A program made the position numbers and the translations under genes. This document shows, piece by piece, positions 20,708 to 31,077 of a stretch of DNA of 64,000 nucleotides; the stretch's first letter is position 1; each line of letters begins with the position of its first letter. Under the pieces are notes generated by a model, which was not told where the DNA came from, made no database searches, and saw only the letters and a program-made list of their open reading frames with translations. The stretch covers positions 86,690 to 150,689 of the forward strand of contig JALONG010000004.1 in NCBI GenBank assembly GCA_025455065.1. Reading direction: 5' to 3'. Source of the stretch: Candidatus Kapaibacterium sp. (GTDB taxonomy: Bacteria > Bacteroidota > Ignavibacteria > Kapaibacteriales > UBA4661).

Positions 20708-21192
20708 TTCTATCGCCGAAGTGGATAGTTTACAGTATTTGAGTTCGTAGGTTTTGGGCGCAGATTTTCATGATTGAACAGATTACACAGAGTTTAAGCG
20801 GCTTTGAGGCTTGTTGTTGAGTATTTGCAAATGGCGTGAATCCAAGTGGTTTGTCGTTGAAAAATCATGACAATCTGTTGAATCATAAGAATCTGCGTCA
20901 AAGTTATTACCCAATCATCAAGGGTAAATTTTGTCTTCAAAGCGTGAAAGGTTGTACAACGTTGGGAGAAGTTGTAAATTGCAATTCTTTGTCCGAACAC
21001 AAAGTAAAGAACGCGGATTTTGAGGATAAAGAGGATAGCAAGGATGAAGAAGAGTAATGATGCGGTTTAAAAGCAATGTTGTCTAACCAATCCTCTGCAT
21101 CTTCCAAATCCTCACAATCCGCGTTCTCCCACACAAAACCTCAGCACATACTTCCAACCACGACCAAAAGAAACCATCACATTCCTTTCACC

Positions 21193-22998
21193 ATGAATCA
21201 CTTCCGCAATTTTTGTATTATCGCCCACATTGACCACGGAAAATCCACGCTTGCAGACCGTTTGCTGGAGCATACCGGCACACTGCAAAAGCGCGAGATG
21301 ACGATGAATCAGATGCTCGACAGTAACCCGCTTGAGCAAGAGCGCGGCATCACGATTAAACTGCACGCAATTCAGATGCGCTATACATCTCGTGCCAAAG
21401 AAGATTATATCCTGAACCTCATTGATACTCCCGGACACGTTGATTTTTCTTACGAAGTCTCGCGCTCACTTGCTGCCTGCGAAGGCGCTTTGCTCGTGGT
21501 GGATGCTACCCAAGGCGTAGAAGCGCAAACTATTAGTAACCTCTATTTGGCTATTGACGCGGGTTTGGAGATTATTCCCGTCATCAACAAAATTGACCTT
21601 CCCAGCGCTGTAACGACGATTGATTCGGTAAAGCAGCAGGTAATGGATTTGATTGGTTGCAAAGAAGAAGACATGGTGCTTGCTTCAGGCAAGACGGGGA
21701 TTGGGATTGAGGATATTTTGGAGGCAGTGGTAGCGCGTATTCCTGCACCCAAAGGAGACCCCGCAGCACCGCTCCGTGCGCTGATTTACGATTCGCACTT
21801 CGACCCCTATTTGGGCGTTGTCGTGAATGCTCGTGTGATTGACGGAACGCTCCGCGAGAAGGACAAAATCTACTTCTACGCAACCGACAAAACCTACGAA
21901 GTGGAAGAATGTGGTTATATGAAAATGAACCGCGTCCGCACAGGCGAAATCGGTGCCGGCAACGTAGGCTACATCACCGCAAGTATCAAAAACCTCCATG
22001 ATACGCGAGTCGGCGACACTATCACTCATGCCGACAACAAAGGCGAGCGTATTTCGGGCTTCAAAGAAGTGAAACCGATGGTTTTTAGCGGGATTTACCC
22101 CGCCGACAGCGATGATTTCGAGGATTTACGCGAAGCACTGCAAAAATTGTCGTTGAACGATTCGGCGATTACGTTTGAACCCGAAAGTTCCGTTGCGCTG
22201 GGATTCGGCTTCCGATGCGGCTTCCTGGGGCTTTTGCATATGGAAATCGTGCAAGAGCGTTTGGAACGGGAGTTTGCGCAAACGATTGTGACGACCGTTC
22301 CGACGGTGCGCTACCGATTGGAACTCACCAATGGCGAAGAATCGTGGATTGAATCGCCGGCACAAATGCCCGAAAATGTCAGTTCGATTAACGAAATTTA
22401 CGAACCCTTCATCAAAGCACAGATTATCACGCCTGCGGAGTATATCGGTGTGATAATGAAACTTTGCATGGACAGGCGCGGTATATTTTTGGCAACGAAT
22501 TATTTGACCGAAACCCGCGTCGAAATGCTCTTTGAACTGCCCTTGTCAGAAGTGATTTTTGACTTTTTCGACAAGCTCAAATCCGGCACACGCGGCTATG
22601 CGTCGCTTGATTACGAGCCGATAGATATGCGCCCGGGCGACCTTATTAAACTCGACATTCTTCTCAACGGAGAGCCTGTTGATGCGCTTTCCAGCATTGT
22701 TCACCGCCAAAAAGCATACGATTGGGGGCGGAAACTCTGCAGCAAACTGAAAGAACTTATCCCGCGTCAGATGTTTGAAGTGGCTATCCAAGCCGCAATC
22801 GGCGCGAAAATCATCGCCCGCGACAACATCAGCGCCATTCGCAAAAACGTTCTTGCGAAGTGCTACGGCGGCGATATTTCCCGCAAGCGCAAACTTTTGG
22901 ACAAGCAAAAAGAAGGCAAAAAACGGATGAAGCAAATCGGGCGCGTGGAAGTGCCGCAAGAGGCATTCCTCGCGGTCTTGAGCATTGATGATGATTAG
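21193..22998 (+). CDS. lepA: Elongation factor 4 (LepA)
   Basis: [32 protein letters not shown] GTPase motifs and the LepA C-terminal region. Start set at MNHFRNF (21193). Confidence 0.95.
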   Translation: MNHFRNFCIIAHIDHGKSTLADRLLEHTGTLQKREMTMNQMLDSNPLEQERGITIKLHAIQMRYTSRAKEDYILNLIDTPGHVDFSYEVSRSLAACEGALLVVDATQGVEAQTISNLYLAIDAGLEIIPVINKIDLPSAVTTIDSVKQQVMDLIGCKEEDMVLASGKTGIGIEDILEAVVARIPAPKGDPAAPLRALIYDSHFDPYLGVVVNARVIDGTLREKDKIYFYATDKTYEVEECGYMKMNRVRTGEIGAGNVGYITASIKNLHDTRVGDTITHADNKGERISGFKEVKPMVFSGIYPADSDDFEDLREALQKLSLNDSAITFEPESSVALGFGFRCGFLGLLHMEIVQERLEREFAQTIVTTVPTVRYRLELTNGEESWIESPAQMPENVSSINEIYEPFIKAQIITPAEYIGVIMKLCMDRRGIFLATNYLTETRVEMLFELPLSEVIFDFFDKLKSGTRGYASLDYEPIDMRPGDLIKLDILLNGEPVDALSSIVHRQKAYDWGRKLCSKLKELIPRQMFEVAIQAAIGAKIIARDNISAIRKNVLAKCYGGDISRKRKLLDKQKEGKKRMKQIGRVEVPQEAFLAVLSIDDD

Positions 22999-23115
22999 AC
23001 GCTTCTGAATCTTCTTGATGAAAGCGCCGTAATAGGACATAGCACAAGAGGCATTTAGCGAGTAGCATAGGCATTTTTACCTGTGCGAAACAGCCTACAA
23101 ATGTTACCAAATCTC

Positions 23116-23137
23116 GCACAGACAGGAATGTCTGTGC
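23116..23137. repeat. Palindromic repeat core gcacagacaggaatgtctgtgc (dispersed family member)
   Basis: Perfect 9-bp arms with a 4-nt spacer and the shared flanks ctcGCACAGACA...TGTCTGTGCcactga. Located in the lepA-lepB intergenic region. Confidence 0.7.
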
Positions 23138-23264
23138 CACTGATTGTCAAACTTACCATTTTGTGTTCGAGCCAATTCTCATACAAACAAAGGTATCGTA
23201 ATTCCGAACCATTACTTTTGAGACTTTTCCAAGCACTCAACCTTCTTTACTCATCATTTCAATT

Positions 23265-24269
23265 ATGGCAAAATCCCTCGACCAAATCCGCGCTGAAGCC
23301 AAGCGTGATGCCGACCGCAAGAAAAACGGCAAAGCTAAAGGTAAAACCGGAGCTATTGACCTCAAAAAAACTTCGCAGCCCGCTTCGCAAAACGGCTCTG
23401 AAGGAGAATTCCCCCAGACCTTCGGTGAAATCGCGCTTTCGTGGACACGCACGATTGTCGGTGCGTTTTTGATGGTGATGATTCTGAACGGTGTTCTCGT
23501 CGCATCGTTTGTTGTTCCGACCGGTTCTATGGAAGGCACGGTCATGACAGGCGATTTCCTTTTCGTGAACAAGTTCCTTTACGGTCCTTCTACGCCGCAG
23601 ATGATTCCGATTTTCAATATCCCGCTTCCGTATTACCGTTTTCCGGGTGTGCGCAAGCCGGAAAAAGGCGATGTGATTGTGTTTATTTTTCCCGGAAACC
23701 GCGATGAAGCCAAGCCGCAGGAGTTTCAGTATTACCTGAAGCGCTGCGTGGCAACAGCAGGCGACACTTTGACCATTCGCAATAAACAAATCTTCATCAA
23801 CGGCGCGGCACAGCCACTGCCGCAGGACGGGCGTTTGAGCAATTTTATCGCCTCACCCGAATCCGACGACCGCTATCACACCTTCCCGATTGGTGCGGGC
23901 TTCACACGCGACAACTACGGTCCGATTCGTATTCCCAAGCAGGGCGATGTTGTCGAACTTACGCCGATGAATTTAGCGCAATGGGAAATTTTCATCCGCC
24001 GCGAAGGGCATGAAATCACGACGAATGACGGTAAAATTTTGATAGATGGCAAAGAAACAACCCAATACACCGTAAAGCGCGATTATTGCTTCGGCATGGG
24101 CGACAACCGCGATAACAGCTTGGACAGCCGCTATTGGGGATTTGTTCCGGTGGATGATGTCGTCGGAACGCCGCTTGTGGTCTATTGGTCGTGGGAAACA
24201 AATCTGCCGAGCATTTTCGAGAAATTTGCCACGATTCGCTTTAATCGTTTTGGTAAGTTGATTCAGTAA
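23265..24269 (+). CDS. lepB: Signal peptidase I
   Basis: TM anchor, catalytic Ser context PTGSMEGT, and GDNRDNSLDSRYWGFVP box. Immediately downstream of lepA as in many bacteria. Confidence 0.9.
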   Translation: MAKSLDQIRAEAKRDADRKKNGKAKGKTGAIDLKKTSQPASQNGSEGEFPQTFGEIALSWTRTIVGAFLMVMILNGVLVASFVVPTGSMEGTVMTGDFLFVNKFLYGPSTPQMIPIFNIPLPYYRFPGVRKPEKGDVIVFIFPGNRDEAKPQEFQYYLKRCVATAGDTLTIRNKQIFINGAAQPLPQDGRLSNFIASPESDDRYHTFPIGAGFTRDNYGPIRIPKQGDVVELTPMNLAQWEIFIRREGHEITTNDGKILIDGKETTQYTVKRDYCFGMGDNRDNSLDSRYWGFVPVDDVVGTPLVVYWSWETNLPSIFEKFATIRFNRFGKLIQ

Positions 24270-24406
24270 AACGAGTATTGGCGTTCCGCAAAAAAGTCCA
24301 CGAATTGCAAACTGTTGTAGAAGATTTAAAATAAAGGGATAAAGGCTCAGAACCTCGTAACTGCGGCTTTTGTCCCTTTTCTCTTGTACTTTTGTTCACT
24401 TGATTT

Positions 24407-25531
24407 TTGCTCAATTCTATGTCCTTTTTCCAACGACTATTCCTCGGCATAGTGCTTGTTTGCTTGATTGCAGGCGGCACGGTATATTTTGTGTGGTTGC
24501 GTATTGACGCAATACAAGCATCGGTGCAGCGCAATGAACGCACAGAGCAGGTGCAAGCAGCAGCAGACCGCTTGCTGGCGCAGTTTATCGGCATGGAAAC
24601 AGGGGCGAGGAGTTACATCATCACCGGAGATTCCACGCACCTCATGTTGTACGCCCGCACCGTCGGCGAAGTGGCTCTGACAGCGAAGCAGCTCCGAACA
24701 ATGATGCAGCCGCTTTCCCCCGAAAGCGCATCAGTGCTGGATTTTATTGATATTGCGTTAGATAAAAAAATTATTGAAGCGAACCAAGCAATCGCCATGC
24801 GGCGCGAACAGGGAATAAAAATTGCGGCGTACGTCATCATCAAAGGCAAAGCCGCAAACCAAGCAGACACGCTCACGACGCTTATTCAGCGCCTTCAGGA
24901 GGAAACGCGAGCGGCGCATATCAAGCAATACGAATCTGTTCCCGTGCAGTACCGCGAAACGGCGTATTTCCTGCTTTATGGCGTGGGTGGTATGGTGGTA
25001 GTCATTCTGCTTGCGACTGCATGGGCAATGCTGGCACAGCGCAGCGCTTTGAAGCCTGTCATAGAAGGCGCGGAAAAACTTGCTTTGGGGGATGTTTACT
25101 ATCGTATTCCGCCCGGAAAAACTGCCGATGTGAAGCCCATTATTTCTGCGGTGAATACCTTGGGTGAGCGTTTACAATCTATGCAAGGAAAGACGCGGCA
25201 GTCAGAAGATGTGTATGCGGACATCGTTCATGCGACAACGGAGGGAATTGCGGTCTGGAGAGCCGTGCGCAACGGTTACGGGCAGATAACCGATTTTGAG
25301 TGCCAAATGGCAAATAACACATGGAACATGGCGTACAGGCGTTCAGCGGACTATTTCACCGGAAAGCAGATGAAATCAAGCCTGCCTGACTTTCTACCAC
25401 TTTTCGATCAATGCACAATGATTGTCGAGCAGCATCAAAAATTAAGCCTCCCGCACCCCGTCGAAGGTAAGCAATATCGCCTTGTTGCGACCAAAATGCG
25501 TGACGGTTTGCTCTTGCGTTTGGTGGAGTGA
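24407..25531 (+). CDS. Membrane sensor protein with periplasmic CHASE3-like domain, TM, HAMP-like linker and a PAS-like domain, lacking a recognisable output domain
   Basis: CHASE3-like signature ETGARSYIITGDSTHLMLY. Second TM GVGGMVVVILLATAWAMLA. A PAS-like region follows. No H-box, ATPase, GGDEF or other output motifs before the stop. Confidence 0.6.
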   Translation: MLNSMSFFQRLFLGIVLVCLIAGGTVYFVWLRIDAIQASVQRNERTEQVQAAADRLLAQFIGMETGARSYIITGDSTHLMLYARTVGEVALTAKQLRTMMQPLSPESASVLDFIDIALDKKIIEANQAIAMRREQGIKIAAYVIIKGKAANQADTLTTLIQRLQEETRAAHIKQYESVPVQYRETAYFLLYGVGGMVVVILLATAWAMLAQRSALKPVIEGAEKLALGDVYYRIPPGKTADVKPIISAVNTLGERLQSMQGKTRQSEDVYADIVHATTEGIAVWRAVRNGYGQITDFECQMANNTWNMAYRRSADYFTGKQMKSSLPDFLPLFDQCTMIVEQHQKLSLPHPVEGKQYRLVATKMRDGLLLRLVE

Positions 25532-25609
25532 ACAGCCACGGCATGAACCGTACCGTTAGGCGGATAACGGTATCAGTAGCTAGACATTGGCAAACCCTCT
25601 GGAACACTT

Positions 25610-26473
25610 TTAGGGCAACAAGTCCGCCGGAACGCCATTCGGATAGAGTTTATCAATCGCTGCTTTGATTTTCCCAATGCGATTGTCGGGGTTCGGATGC
25701 GTTGAGAAAAATTCCGGTTGGCGCTGTCCACCGCCGCCCGCTTCGGCAAGGACTTCCATGACACGAATCATTGCACGCGGGTCGTAGCCTGCTTCCGCCA
25801 TAAACCGCACACCGAGATAATCCGATTCCAACTCATCTTCACGCCCAAATTTCATTGTTACCAAATTACCAATCATCATCGCTACTTGCGATGTTCCCAT
25901 CGTTTTTGGGTCAGAAGGGTCATATGTCGCCAGCACCGCTGCGCCGCTCAAGCCTTGTGTTAATTGTTGCTTTGCCATACGCTCCGCGCCGTGCCGTGCC
26001 AAAACGTGTCCGATTTCATGCCCCATTACTCCCGCAATCTGCCCTTCAGTCTGCAAACGGCGTAGCAGAGCCATAGTGATAAAGGTTTGTCCGCCCGGAA
26101 GTGCAAAGGCATTGACGGTACGTTCATCGGCGAGAACGTGAAACTCAAGTGGATATCCTGCTTCGCGGACTTGCGGTAGTGCAGCGAGTTTCGCGCAAAC
26201 CCTCTTCACCAGCGCATCGGCATTCGCATCACGTGTCAGACCGCCGTATTGCTGCGCCATTTGTGGAGCGGCTTGCAAGCCCATAGCGATTTCCTGCTGC
26301 GCCGAAATTTTGATGTATTGCTTCTCTCCGGTAACAGTATTCACCGAACTTGAACTAAAATAAGAAATAAGCGAAAACGCCGCCATTCCAAGCCCGATAA
26401 GCAATCTCAGCCCCAGCGATTTACCCTGCGGACGGCTTTGCATCGGCATTGCACGTTGTGAAAAGGAGTTCAT
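25610..26473 (-). CDS. Secreted M48-family zinc metalloprotease
   Basis: Signal peptide and HEIGHVLARH (HExxH) motif typical of peptidase M48. Confidence 0.8.
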   Translation of the reverse strand: MNSFSQRAMPMQSRPQGKSLGLRLLIGLGMAAFSLISYFSSSSVNTVTGEKQYIKISAQQEIAMGLQAAPQMAQQYGGLTRDANADALVKRVCAKLAALPQVREAGYPLEFHVLADERTVNAFALPGGQTFITMALLRRLQTEGQIAGVMGHEIGHVLARHGAERMAKQQLTQGLSGAAVLATYDPSDPKTMGTSQVAMMIGNLVTMKFGREDELESDYLGVRFMAEAGYDPRAMIRVMEVLAEAGGGGQRQPEFFSTHPNPDNRIGKIKAAIDKLYPNGVPADLLP

Positions 26474-26524
26474 AATGAGTACGGGAAAAATGAGAAAATG
26501 AGGTTTGAAGCCTTACACAAAGGA

Positions 26525-28105
26525 TTACACCGCAACATCCTCCGGCGGTTTTTCCAGCAAAATTAAACCTTTGGTTTGTTCCACGTGATAGTTCATTTCC
26601 CATTCGCTGCGGAACAGTACCACTTTGCGCCCTTGGTCGTCCAGTGCGTAGGTGAGCGTGGACGAGGCAGGCATTACGTCGCTGCCAATCCAGCGTGTGC
26701 GCGTGAAAGGAAGGCGTTCCAAGATGATTATCTCGTTGTACTCCGATTCCATGCGGGATTGAAAGACTTGTAATTGTAGTTCTCCCACTGCCGCGATAAG
26801 CGGAATCGGGCTGCCTTGCATATCACCAAAAATCTGCACAACGCCCTCCTCGCCAAGCTGCTCCACGCCTTTGCGGAAGGACTTTGAGAATGAGCCTGTT
26901 TTGGGAACAACTTTCGCATAAATCTCCGGTGCAAAGCGTGGGAACTGAGGAATCGTAAAATCTGCACCCGTCGAAAGCGCGTCGCCAACGCGAAACACGC
27001 CCGGATTCGACAAGCCGATAACATCGCCCGGGTAGGCTTCATCAATGATTTCGCGGTCTTGACCGAAAATTTGGAACGGGTAATTGAGTTTCACTTCTTT
27101 GCCGGAACGGAAGTGTTTCGCCGTCATCCCACGCTCAAATTTCCCCGAAACAATGCGAAAAAACGCAATGCGGTCGCGGTGCGCTTTGTTCATGTTTGCT
27201 TGCATTTTGTACATGAAGCCCGAAAAGAAACCGCTTTCCGGCGCGACAATGCCGCCCGAAGTCTTCATTCCTTGCGGTTCGGGAGCAAGGTCAATAAGGC
27301 GCTGCAAAAATGTTTCTACGCCGAAATTGGTAATCGCACTGCCGAAAAAGACAGGTGTGATGCGCTCTGCAAGGAAATCTTCCTGCGTGAATTGCGGCAG
27401 CACCACTTCGACCATTTCCAAATCTTCAATCAATTTCGCGTGTGCCGTCTCGCCCAAGGAAGCGCGTATCTGCTCATCGTGAACGTCTGCAAGCCGCACG
27501 GGGGCTTTGTATGCGCCGCCGGTAGTGCGCTCAAAAAAGTGAAAGCGTTTTCCTTCGCGTTCATACACACCGCGAAAATCCGTGCCGTCGCCGACGGGCC
27601 ACGTCATCGGTACAGCCGTGATTCCAAGCACTTTTTCGACGTTATCCAAAAGCTCAAACGGATTCAGCGCCGGACGATCCATTTTGTTGATAAACGTGAT
27701 AATCGGGATGCCTCTATCGCGGCAGACTTTGAAGAGTTTAACGGTCTGCTCTTCCACACCTTTGCCCGCATCAAGAAGCATAATTGCGCTGTCCACAGCC
27801 ATCAACGTTCTGTATGTGTCTTCGCTAAAATCTTGGTGTCCGGGAGTGTCGAGAATGTTCAAAATGAATTCGTCGTATTCCACCCGCGCTGCGCTGGACG
27901 ACACCGAAATACCACGCTGCTGCTCAATGGACATCCAATCAGACACGGTTGCTTTGTGCTTGCCGACCATCACATTTCCGGCAGAGCGTATTGCGCCGGA
28001 ATAGAGCAGCAGTTTTTCGGTTAGCGTGGTTTTTCCCGCGTCGGGGTGAGAAATGATTGCCAAAGTGCGTCGGCGCTTGATTTCATGCTGAATATCGTTG
28101 CTCAT
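26525..28105 (-). CDS. prfC: Peptide chain release factor 3
   Basis: RTLAIISHPDAGKTTLTEKLL and DTPGHQDF GTPase motifs. The length (526 aa) matches RF3. Confidence 0.93.
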   Translation of the reverse strand: MSNDIQHEIKRRRTLAIISHPDAGKTTLTEKLLLYSGAIRSAGNVMVGKHKATVSDWMSIEQQRGISVSSSAARVEYDEFILNILDTPGHQDFSEDTYRTLMAVDSAIMLLDAGKGVEEQTVKLFKVCRDRGIPIITFINKMDRPALNPFELLDNVEKVLGITAVPMTWPVGDGTDFRGVYEREGKRFHFFERTTGGAYKAPVRLADVHDEQIRASLGETAHAKLIEDLEMVEVVLPQFTQEDFLAERITPVFFGSAITNFGVETFLQRLIDLAPEPQGMKTSGGIVAPESGFFSGFMYKMQANMNKAHRDRIAFFRIVSGKFERGMTAKHFRSGKEVKLNYPFQIFGQDREIIDEAYPGDVIGLSNPGVFRVGDALSTGADFTIPQFPRFAPEIYAKVVPKTGSFSKSFRKGVEQLGEEGVVQIFGDMQGSPIPLIAAVGELQLQVFQSRMESEYNEIIILERLPFTRTRWIGSDVMPASSTLTYALDDQGRKVVLFRSEWEMNYHVEQTKGLILLEKPPEDVAV

Positions 28106-28245
28106 AAACGTTGTTCTTCAAAACAGAATAGAAGTCGAAAAATGACAACAGTGTGAAAGTGAGGTTTGATGGGGTCTTGATGTACTGCCATTGTGGATTG
28201 ATAATTGTACTTTATTGTTATTGAGCCTTTTATTCCATGAGCCGC

Positions 28246-28326
28246 ACCAATACTCGCACAGACAAAAATGTCTGTGCCACTGAAGCCTGTTTTTATGCAC
28301 AATTATCAACTCAAATTGGTGTAACA
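28246..28326. repeat. Partial copy of the composite dispersed repeat (palindrome core plus 3' module)
   Basis: tactcGCACAGACAaaaaTGTCTGTGCcactgaagcctgtttttatgcacaattatcaactcaaattggt. Matches 50153-50205. Confidence 0.7.
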
Positions 28327-28335
28327 CTTCTTAGT

Positions 28336-28452
28336 GTTAGGACTTTCGCAAAACCATACTTGTGAGGCAAGGGGTTGAAACCCCTTGTTGCGTAAGTCAT
28401 TGTTTAACAAGGGGCTTTAGCCCCTTGCGACTTGTGTTTGCGAAAGTCCTAA
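28336..28452. repeat. 117-bp nested palindrome: 15-bp terminal inverted repeats (taggactttcgcaaa / tttgcgaaagtcctaa) enclosing two 8-bp-stem hairpins (caaggggttgaaaccccttg; caaggggctttagccccttg)
   Basis: Read directly from the sequence. Lies between the 3' end of ribBA and the 5' end of prfC. MITE-like or structured-RNA-like. Confidence 0.6.
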
Positions 28453-28485
28453 GTGTAAAATTTTCCATACGGTGCCATCGGACGA

Positions 28486-29700
28486 TTACAAATGCTGAAG
28501 CAAATGCCCCATTTTCGTCTTTTTGGTGCGCAAATAATCAATGTTACGGTCATTATGCGGCACTTCAATCGGTATGCGCTCAATGACCTCCAAACCGAAA
28601 CTTTCAATGCCGACGCGCTTTGTGGGGTTGTTCGTCAAAAGGCGCATTTTGCGCACACCCAAATCCACAAGAATTTGTGCGCCGATGCCGTAATCACGCG
28701 CGTCGGGTTGAAAACCCAGTGCTTCGTTTGCCTGCACGGTGTCCATGCCTTGTTCTTGCAAAGCATACGCACGAATTTTGTTCAAAAGCCCGATTCCACG
28801 CCCTTCTTGGCGCATATAGAGCAGTACGCCTTTTTCTGCTTCATTGATTTGCTTCATCGCTGCGTCCAGCTGCAAGCCGCAATCACAGCGCATCGAATGA
28901 AACACATCACCCGTCAGACATTCCGAATGAACGCGCACAAGCACCGCTTCGTCCTGTGTCCATGCGCCTTTGACGAGGGCAACGTGTTCTTTGCCATCCA
29001 CCACATTCTCAAAACCGACAATTTTGAACTCGCCAAATTCCGTCGGCATTTCCGCTTCGGCAATTTTGCGGACAAGGCGGTCAGTCTGCAAGCGGTATCC
29101 AATCAGGTCTTTAACGGTGATAATCTTCATCGAATGTTTGTTCGCAAACTCAATAAGCGCATCGCGGCGTTTCATTGTGCCGTCGTCGTCCAAAATTTCA
29201 CACAATACGCCGCAGGGTTTCAATCCTGCAAGGCGCATCAAATCTACGGTTGCTTCGGTATGCCCTGCGCGGCGCAATACGCCTTCCGCCGCAGCGACAA
29301 GCGGGAAAATATGCCCCGGTCTGCCCAAATCGGAAGGCTTCGTTGCGGGGTCTGCCAAAGAGCGCACCGTTGCTGCGCGGTCGAAGGTTGAGATGCCGGA
29401 ACTCGTGTTGTGGAGATAGTCCACCGAGACCGTAAATTTCGTGCCGTGCAGCGCTGTGTTAGAGCGAACCATGCTGTCGAGTTCAAGTTCCTGCGCCCTT
29501 TCCGGCGTTATCGACACGCAGACTAAGCCGCGTCCTTCGCTTGCCATAAAGTTAATCATCTCCGGTGTGCAAAGTTCGGATGCGCAAATCAAATCGCCCT
29601 CATTTTCGCGGTCTTCATCGTCTAAAACGATAATCATTCTACCATTTTTTAGTTCGTCAAGTGCTTCGGGGATAGTGTTAAATGCGGGATGTGTAGCCAT
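28486..29700 (-). CDS. ribBA: Bifunctional 3,4-dihydroxy-2-butanone-4-phosphate synthase / GTP cyclohydrolase II
   Basis: RibB N-terminal half (RENEGDLI) and GTP cyclohydrolase II C-terminal half (cysteine cluster CDCG). 404 aa. Confidence 0.93.
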   Translation of the reverse strand: MATHPAFNTIPEALDELKNGRMIIVLDDEDRENEGDLICASELCTPEMINFMASEGRGLVCVSITPERAQELELDSMVRSNTALHGTKFTVSVDYLHNTSSGISTFDRAATVRSLADPATKPSDLGRPGHIFPLVAAAEGVLRRAGHTEATVDLMRLAGLKPCGVLCEILDDDGTMKRRDALIEFANKHSMKIITVKDLIGYRLQTDRLVRKIAEAEMPTEFGEFKIVGFENVVDGKEHVALVKGAWTQDEAVLVRVHSECLTGDVFHSMRCDCGLQLDAAMKQINEAEKGVLLYMRQEGRGIGLLNKIRAYALQEQGMDTVQANEALGFQPDARDYGIGAQILVDLGVRKMRLLTNNPTKRVGIESFGLEVIERIPIEVPHNDRNIDYLRTKKTKMGHLLQHL

Positions 29701-29811
29701 AGTAACGGTGGTGTGCTTGGTAAAGAAACGGTTCGCGGTGTGGAAATTACGTGGTTATTGAGAAGGTTACATTGCCGTAAAACCTTCACAAAACTACGAG
29801 GAAAAACATCA

Positions 29812-29861
29812 CCAAAAAACAAAAAGTCTGTGCTACCGAATAATTCTTGAGTAGCACAGAC
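29812..29861 (-). terminator. Rho-independent terminator for the minus-strand gene at 29899-30828
   Basis: 11-bp stem gtctgtgctac / gtagcacagac with a 14-nt loop. A U-run follows on the minus strand (A-run 29812-29825 on plus). The stem sequence is related to the dispersed palindrome family. Confidence 0.55.
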
Positions 29862-29898
29862 CGTAATTGTCGTGAGTGTTTGCGTGATTGCGAGTATT

Positions 29899-30828
29899 TT
29901 AGGTCGGCGGCAGCGTTTGATTCAGTGCCGAATACGGGTCGGAATTATCCAGACTGCTGAAATAGTAGAATGTGCGCCCGTTAGCATCAATTTCCACAAC
30001 CGCGATGCGCTTTTCAACGGCGTGTTTCAAAAACTGCTCAATTTCTGCAAGGGAAAAATCAGATTCAATGACCAGCAACTCAGGATACACCTTACCTTGA
30101 TGCTGGTAAGCATACCGCAAAACGGATTTTTCCATCATCACAAAATTTGCCGGAGCCGAAGGCGGCATCGGTGCTGACGGAGAAGCCGGACCCAAGGCAA
30201 GAAACTCGCGGTGTTCATCTTGAAGGCGATAAAATTTCTGACGATTTTCGCGGACGCTGTATGCGGACATTGCAGCCATACCGCCAAACACTAACGCCGG
30301 AACACCTAAATCGCCATCGGCAAAAATCATCCCGATGGTAAAACACGCTGACATTATCGTGCTAAACACGACACCGCGCTTGCTGCTTTCGAGTTTGCGC
30401 TCTGCTTGCTGGAGTTTTTTAACGAGACGTTTGTAAGTTTCTTCTCGGTATCTGTCCACAGCAGTTGGAGAACTTCCGCGTTGCTGTTCCACTCGCGCAC
30501 GGTGGCTTTTGGAGGTTTCCATTGCCGCATCCACAGCATCCATAACGCTGTCAATGATTTCACCGACAATTTCGCCGGCTTTGGTACGGTATTCTTTGCC
30601 GCGCTCAAAATCACGTTCAAAGCGCTCACGACGACGACGGCGCATTTTATCACGCATATCGGCAAATTCTTCTTGCCAATCGTGTTGCTGCCGACCGCGA
30701 TTACCGTTTCCGGCACCGCTTCCGGTGTTGTATTTGTCCCAATTATTATTGGAAAAACTACTCATAACGCTATTCCTTGCGAAAGGCATGGTATCGTGCG
30801 GGTGAGGGGATTGTTGATACCTATTCAT
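29899..30828 (-). CDS. Hypothetical protein with basic/acidic coiled-coil N-terminus, a central hydrophobic segment and a C-terminal globular domain
   Basis: ORF only. Start chosen at MNRYQQ (30828). No recognised family. Confidence 0.45.
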   Translation of the reverse strand: MNRYQQSPHPHDTMPFARNSVMSSFSNNNWDKYNTGSGAGNGNRGRQQHDWQEEFADMRDKMRRRRRERFERDFERGKEYRTKAGEIVGEIIDSVMDAVDAAMETSKSHRARVEQQRGSSPTAVDRYREETYKRLVKKLQQAERKLESSKRGVVFSTIMSACFTIGMIFADGDLGVPALVFGGMAAMSAYSVRENRQKFYRLQDEHREFLALGPASPSAPMPPSAPANFVMMEKSVLRYAYQHQGKVYPELLVIESDFSLAEIEQFLKHAVEKRIAVVEIDANGRTFYYFSSLDNSDPYSALNQTLPPT

Positions 30829-31077
30829 TTTGTCCGCTCCGACAATGTGTTGGTAATTTACAAAAGATTCTCTGCTTCTTCCAACGCAAAACGTACAAAA
30901 GAGTTTCACTTGCACATTTTTCTTGCAGAAATTTTTCGGTCTTGCGGTAAATAAACGTCATTCTCAGATAGAACCATTCGCCACGACGCTGCTTGTTTGG
31001 GGAATTATTCGTAAATTTGTGTTCAAAAAAATAAACACTCGTTTTTTTAGTCGTTCAGAAAGGTTGAAACACGTTCT

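Noticed and set aside
27059-29419. Plus-strand ORFs 27059-28024 (321 aa), 28492-29391 (299 aa) and others
   Set aside because: They are antisense to prfC and ribBA, which have clear conserved motifs. No motifs appear in the antisense translations.
29701-29811. FMN riboswitch (RFN element) in the ribBA 5' leader
   Set aside because: Reading the leader on the minus strand, I could not find the conserved RFN core stretches or a plausible multi-stem structure. The leader is ~110 nt to the upstream terminator, too short for a typical RFN plus expression platform. A covariance-model search would settle it.
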